A stretch of DNA of 63,831 bases, counting the filler, from Licmophora abbreviata (lineage: Eukaryota), in the NCBI GenBank assembly GCA_900291995.1. It is 11 parts of 11 records of this genome, joined end to end, with 100 filler letters (N's around TTAATTAATTAA, not from the genome) between each part and the next. Parts side by side here need not be neighbours in the genome. Positions count along the whole stretch, not along the records: positions 62,717 to 63,831 come from OLMU01000551.1; 10 more parts are not named here. One strand, given 5' to 3'. Shown here piece by piece: positions 62,717-63,831 of this stretch (its first letter is position 1; every line of letters begins with the position of its first letter). The position numbers and the translations under genes were made by a program. The notes under the pieces are model-generated. The model was not told the origin of the DNA and searched no databases. It saw only the letters and a list, made by a program, of their open reading frames with translations.

Positions 62717-63190
62717 CTCCTTTTCTGAAGTTTGTTTCAAGACTTGTTTAGCTCCATAGACAGCGCGCGACAACGGACTGCAGGCAATGTGCTGCAAGTC
62801 AAACTGGCGGAGATAGTGTCCCGCTGCTTGCGCCTCTTGTTCTCCCAAAGGACTCAGAGGTACATCCATGGCGCCGTAGTAAACGGGCCGATTGCCTCCT
62901 GGATTGATTACTTCACCGTGTCGTACCAGGAAGAGTCGCTTACACATGGAAGGCACTGGGGGCAGCGGGGGTCCGTCCAATGTGGAGGCAGTGGGTGCGG
63001 CTGCACTCGTTGCGTTTTCAGTGGGCATGCTGCTGCTGGTCGAGTAGAGGGTTTGCAACGAGGGTACGAGCAGCGCCGTGGCTCTTGCAGTCACAGCTCT
63101 GCCACGATAAATGAAGGCATTCGTCGATGGAAACACCAAAGACGAGAGAAAGATGAGCGAGAATCTCTTTATCGCCGTCGTGTTTGCCAT
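62717..63190 (-). CDS. Histidine-phosphatase / phosphoglycerate-mutase-like protein, 5' part, with signal+Phe presequence
   Basis: LFLVRHGEV, DVPLSPLGEQEA, CSPLSRA; N-terminus FSLIFLSSLVFPSTNA-F; truncated by the gap. Confidence 0.82.
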
Positions 63191-63496
63191 GGTCAAATTT
63201 GCAAATTTGCCATGTGCGTCGGCGGCGCACGCGGGATACAAAAGAAGGCGCGAGCTGCGAGGTCCAGAAAGAAAAATTCCAATAGAGAGAAAAAGGCCAC
63301 AGAGAAAAGACATCCGCGACGCGCAACACAATGGTGAACTAATTAGGCTCTGGTTTGCGTTTGAAGTGTTGGTCTCTTCTTTCATCGGTCGAAATAAATT
63401 AGAATTGCTATAAAGATTCGGTGAATGCAAAGAAACAGAAGAAAAGGCGAAAAGAAGCAGCGAAAATTGAACTCCACTCCTGCCTGGACAATCGAC

Positions 63497-63831
63497 ATGG
63501 GAGGTCCGAACCGCACGACGACGAATGCCATCTCCAGCGTCGACCACAACGAAGAACGCGCATCCGCCTTCTCTGATGATAATGAATACGACACCAATCC
63601 TCCTCGGTCCCTCGATAGCTTTCTTGAAGATGCTTACAGTCAGCTACCGCCATCATCTGCGGCGTCGCACTCTCGATCACACTTCTTTCACGCTTCCAGG
63701 TACTGGTTCATAATGCTATCGCTAGGAGTCGCGAACTCGTCGGATGCGTCGGAGATTCTCTGTCTATCCTATATTCTTAGCGACGATCAGCTTTGAATCC
63801 TACATGCTACATCATACCAAATGGCGAGCTG
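63497..63831 (+). CDS. MFS transporter, SV2/SVOP-like, 5' part (runs off window; frame break at 63791-63796)
   Basis: YWFIMLSLGVANSSDASEILCLSYIL matches TM1 of SV2-like transporters; the +1 frame continues FESYMLHHTKWRA. Confidence 0.65.

Noticed and set aside
62669..63547. 292-aa ORF as the full histidine-phosphatase protein
   Set aside because: The upstream part starts at a non-ATG codon and overlaps the divergent promoter and MFS start; ATG 63190 gives a proper signal peptide.

Overview
Gene-dense nuclear genomic DNA of a eukaryotic alga, almost certainly a diatom or close ochrophyte. Support: a bZIP-LOV aureochrome, signal-peptide+Phe bipartite plastid presequences, diatom-type alpha-carbonic-anhydrase-like genes and short (mostly 75-125 nt) GT-AG introns. 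The window is a scaffold of 11 contigs joined by ten artificial 100-nt linkers (N-run + TTAATTAATTAA + N-run); several genes clearly run across these gaps. About 31 protein-coding genes or fragments are recognisable: PRP8, a secreted GGAI-repeat/alpha-CA-like protein, L2HGDH, SNU66/SART1, a large novel multidomain protein, threonine aldolase, TMEM205-like, an EGF membrane protein, TGS1, GLDH, two tandem DUF1769-(PH)-DUF547 paralogs, an NBD-only Hsp70, TSEN34-like, HtrL/YibB-like, atlastin, Rab6, TRAPPC2L, METTL16-like, a START protein, an alpha/beta hydrolase, ATG8, PIG-O, thiolase, aureochrome, a histidine phosphatase and an SV2-like MFS transporter. I saw no rRNA, tRNA, CRISPR or transposase. 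Best leads: (1) five intron-less reading-frame breaks, four of them +1, including CUU-UGA and CCC-UGA shifty-stop contexts; homopolymer assembly errors are the most parsimonious explanation, but this is testable; (2) an alpha-CA domain lacking two Zn ligands, apparently fused to a beta-helix-like domain; (3) a ~1700-aa protein with unusual nucleic-acid-binding-like modules; (4) a concentration of snRNP/RNA-processing genes. All family assignments come from motif recognition by eye, not database searches.
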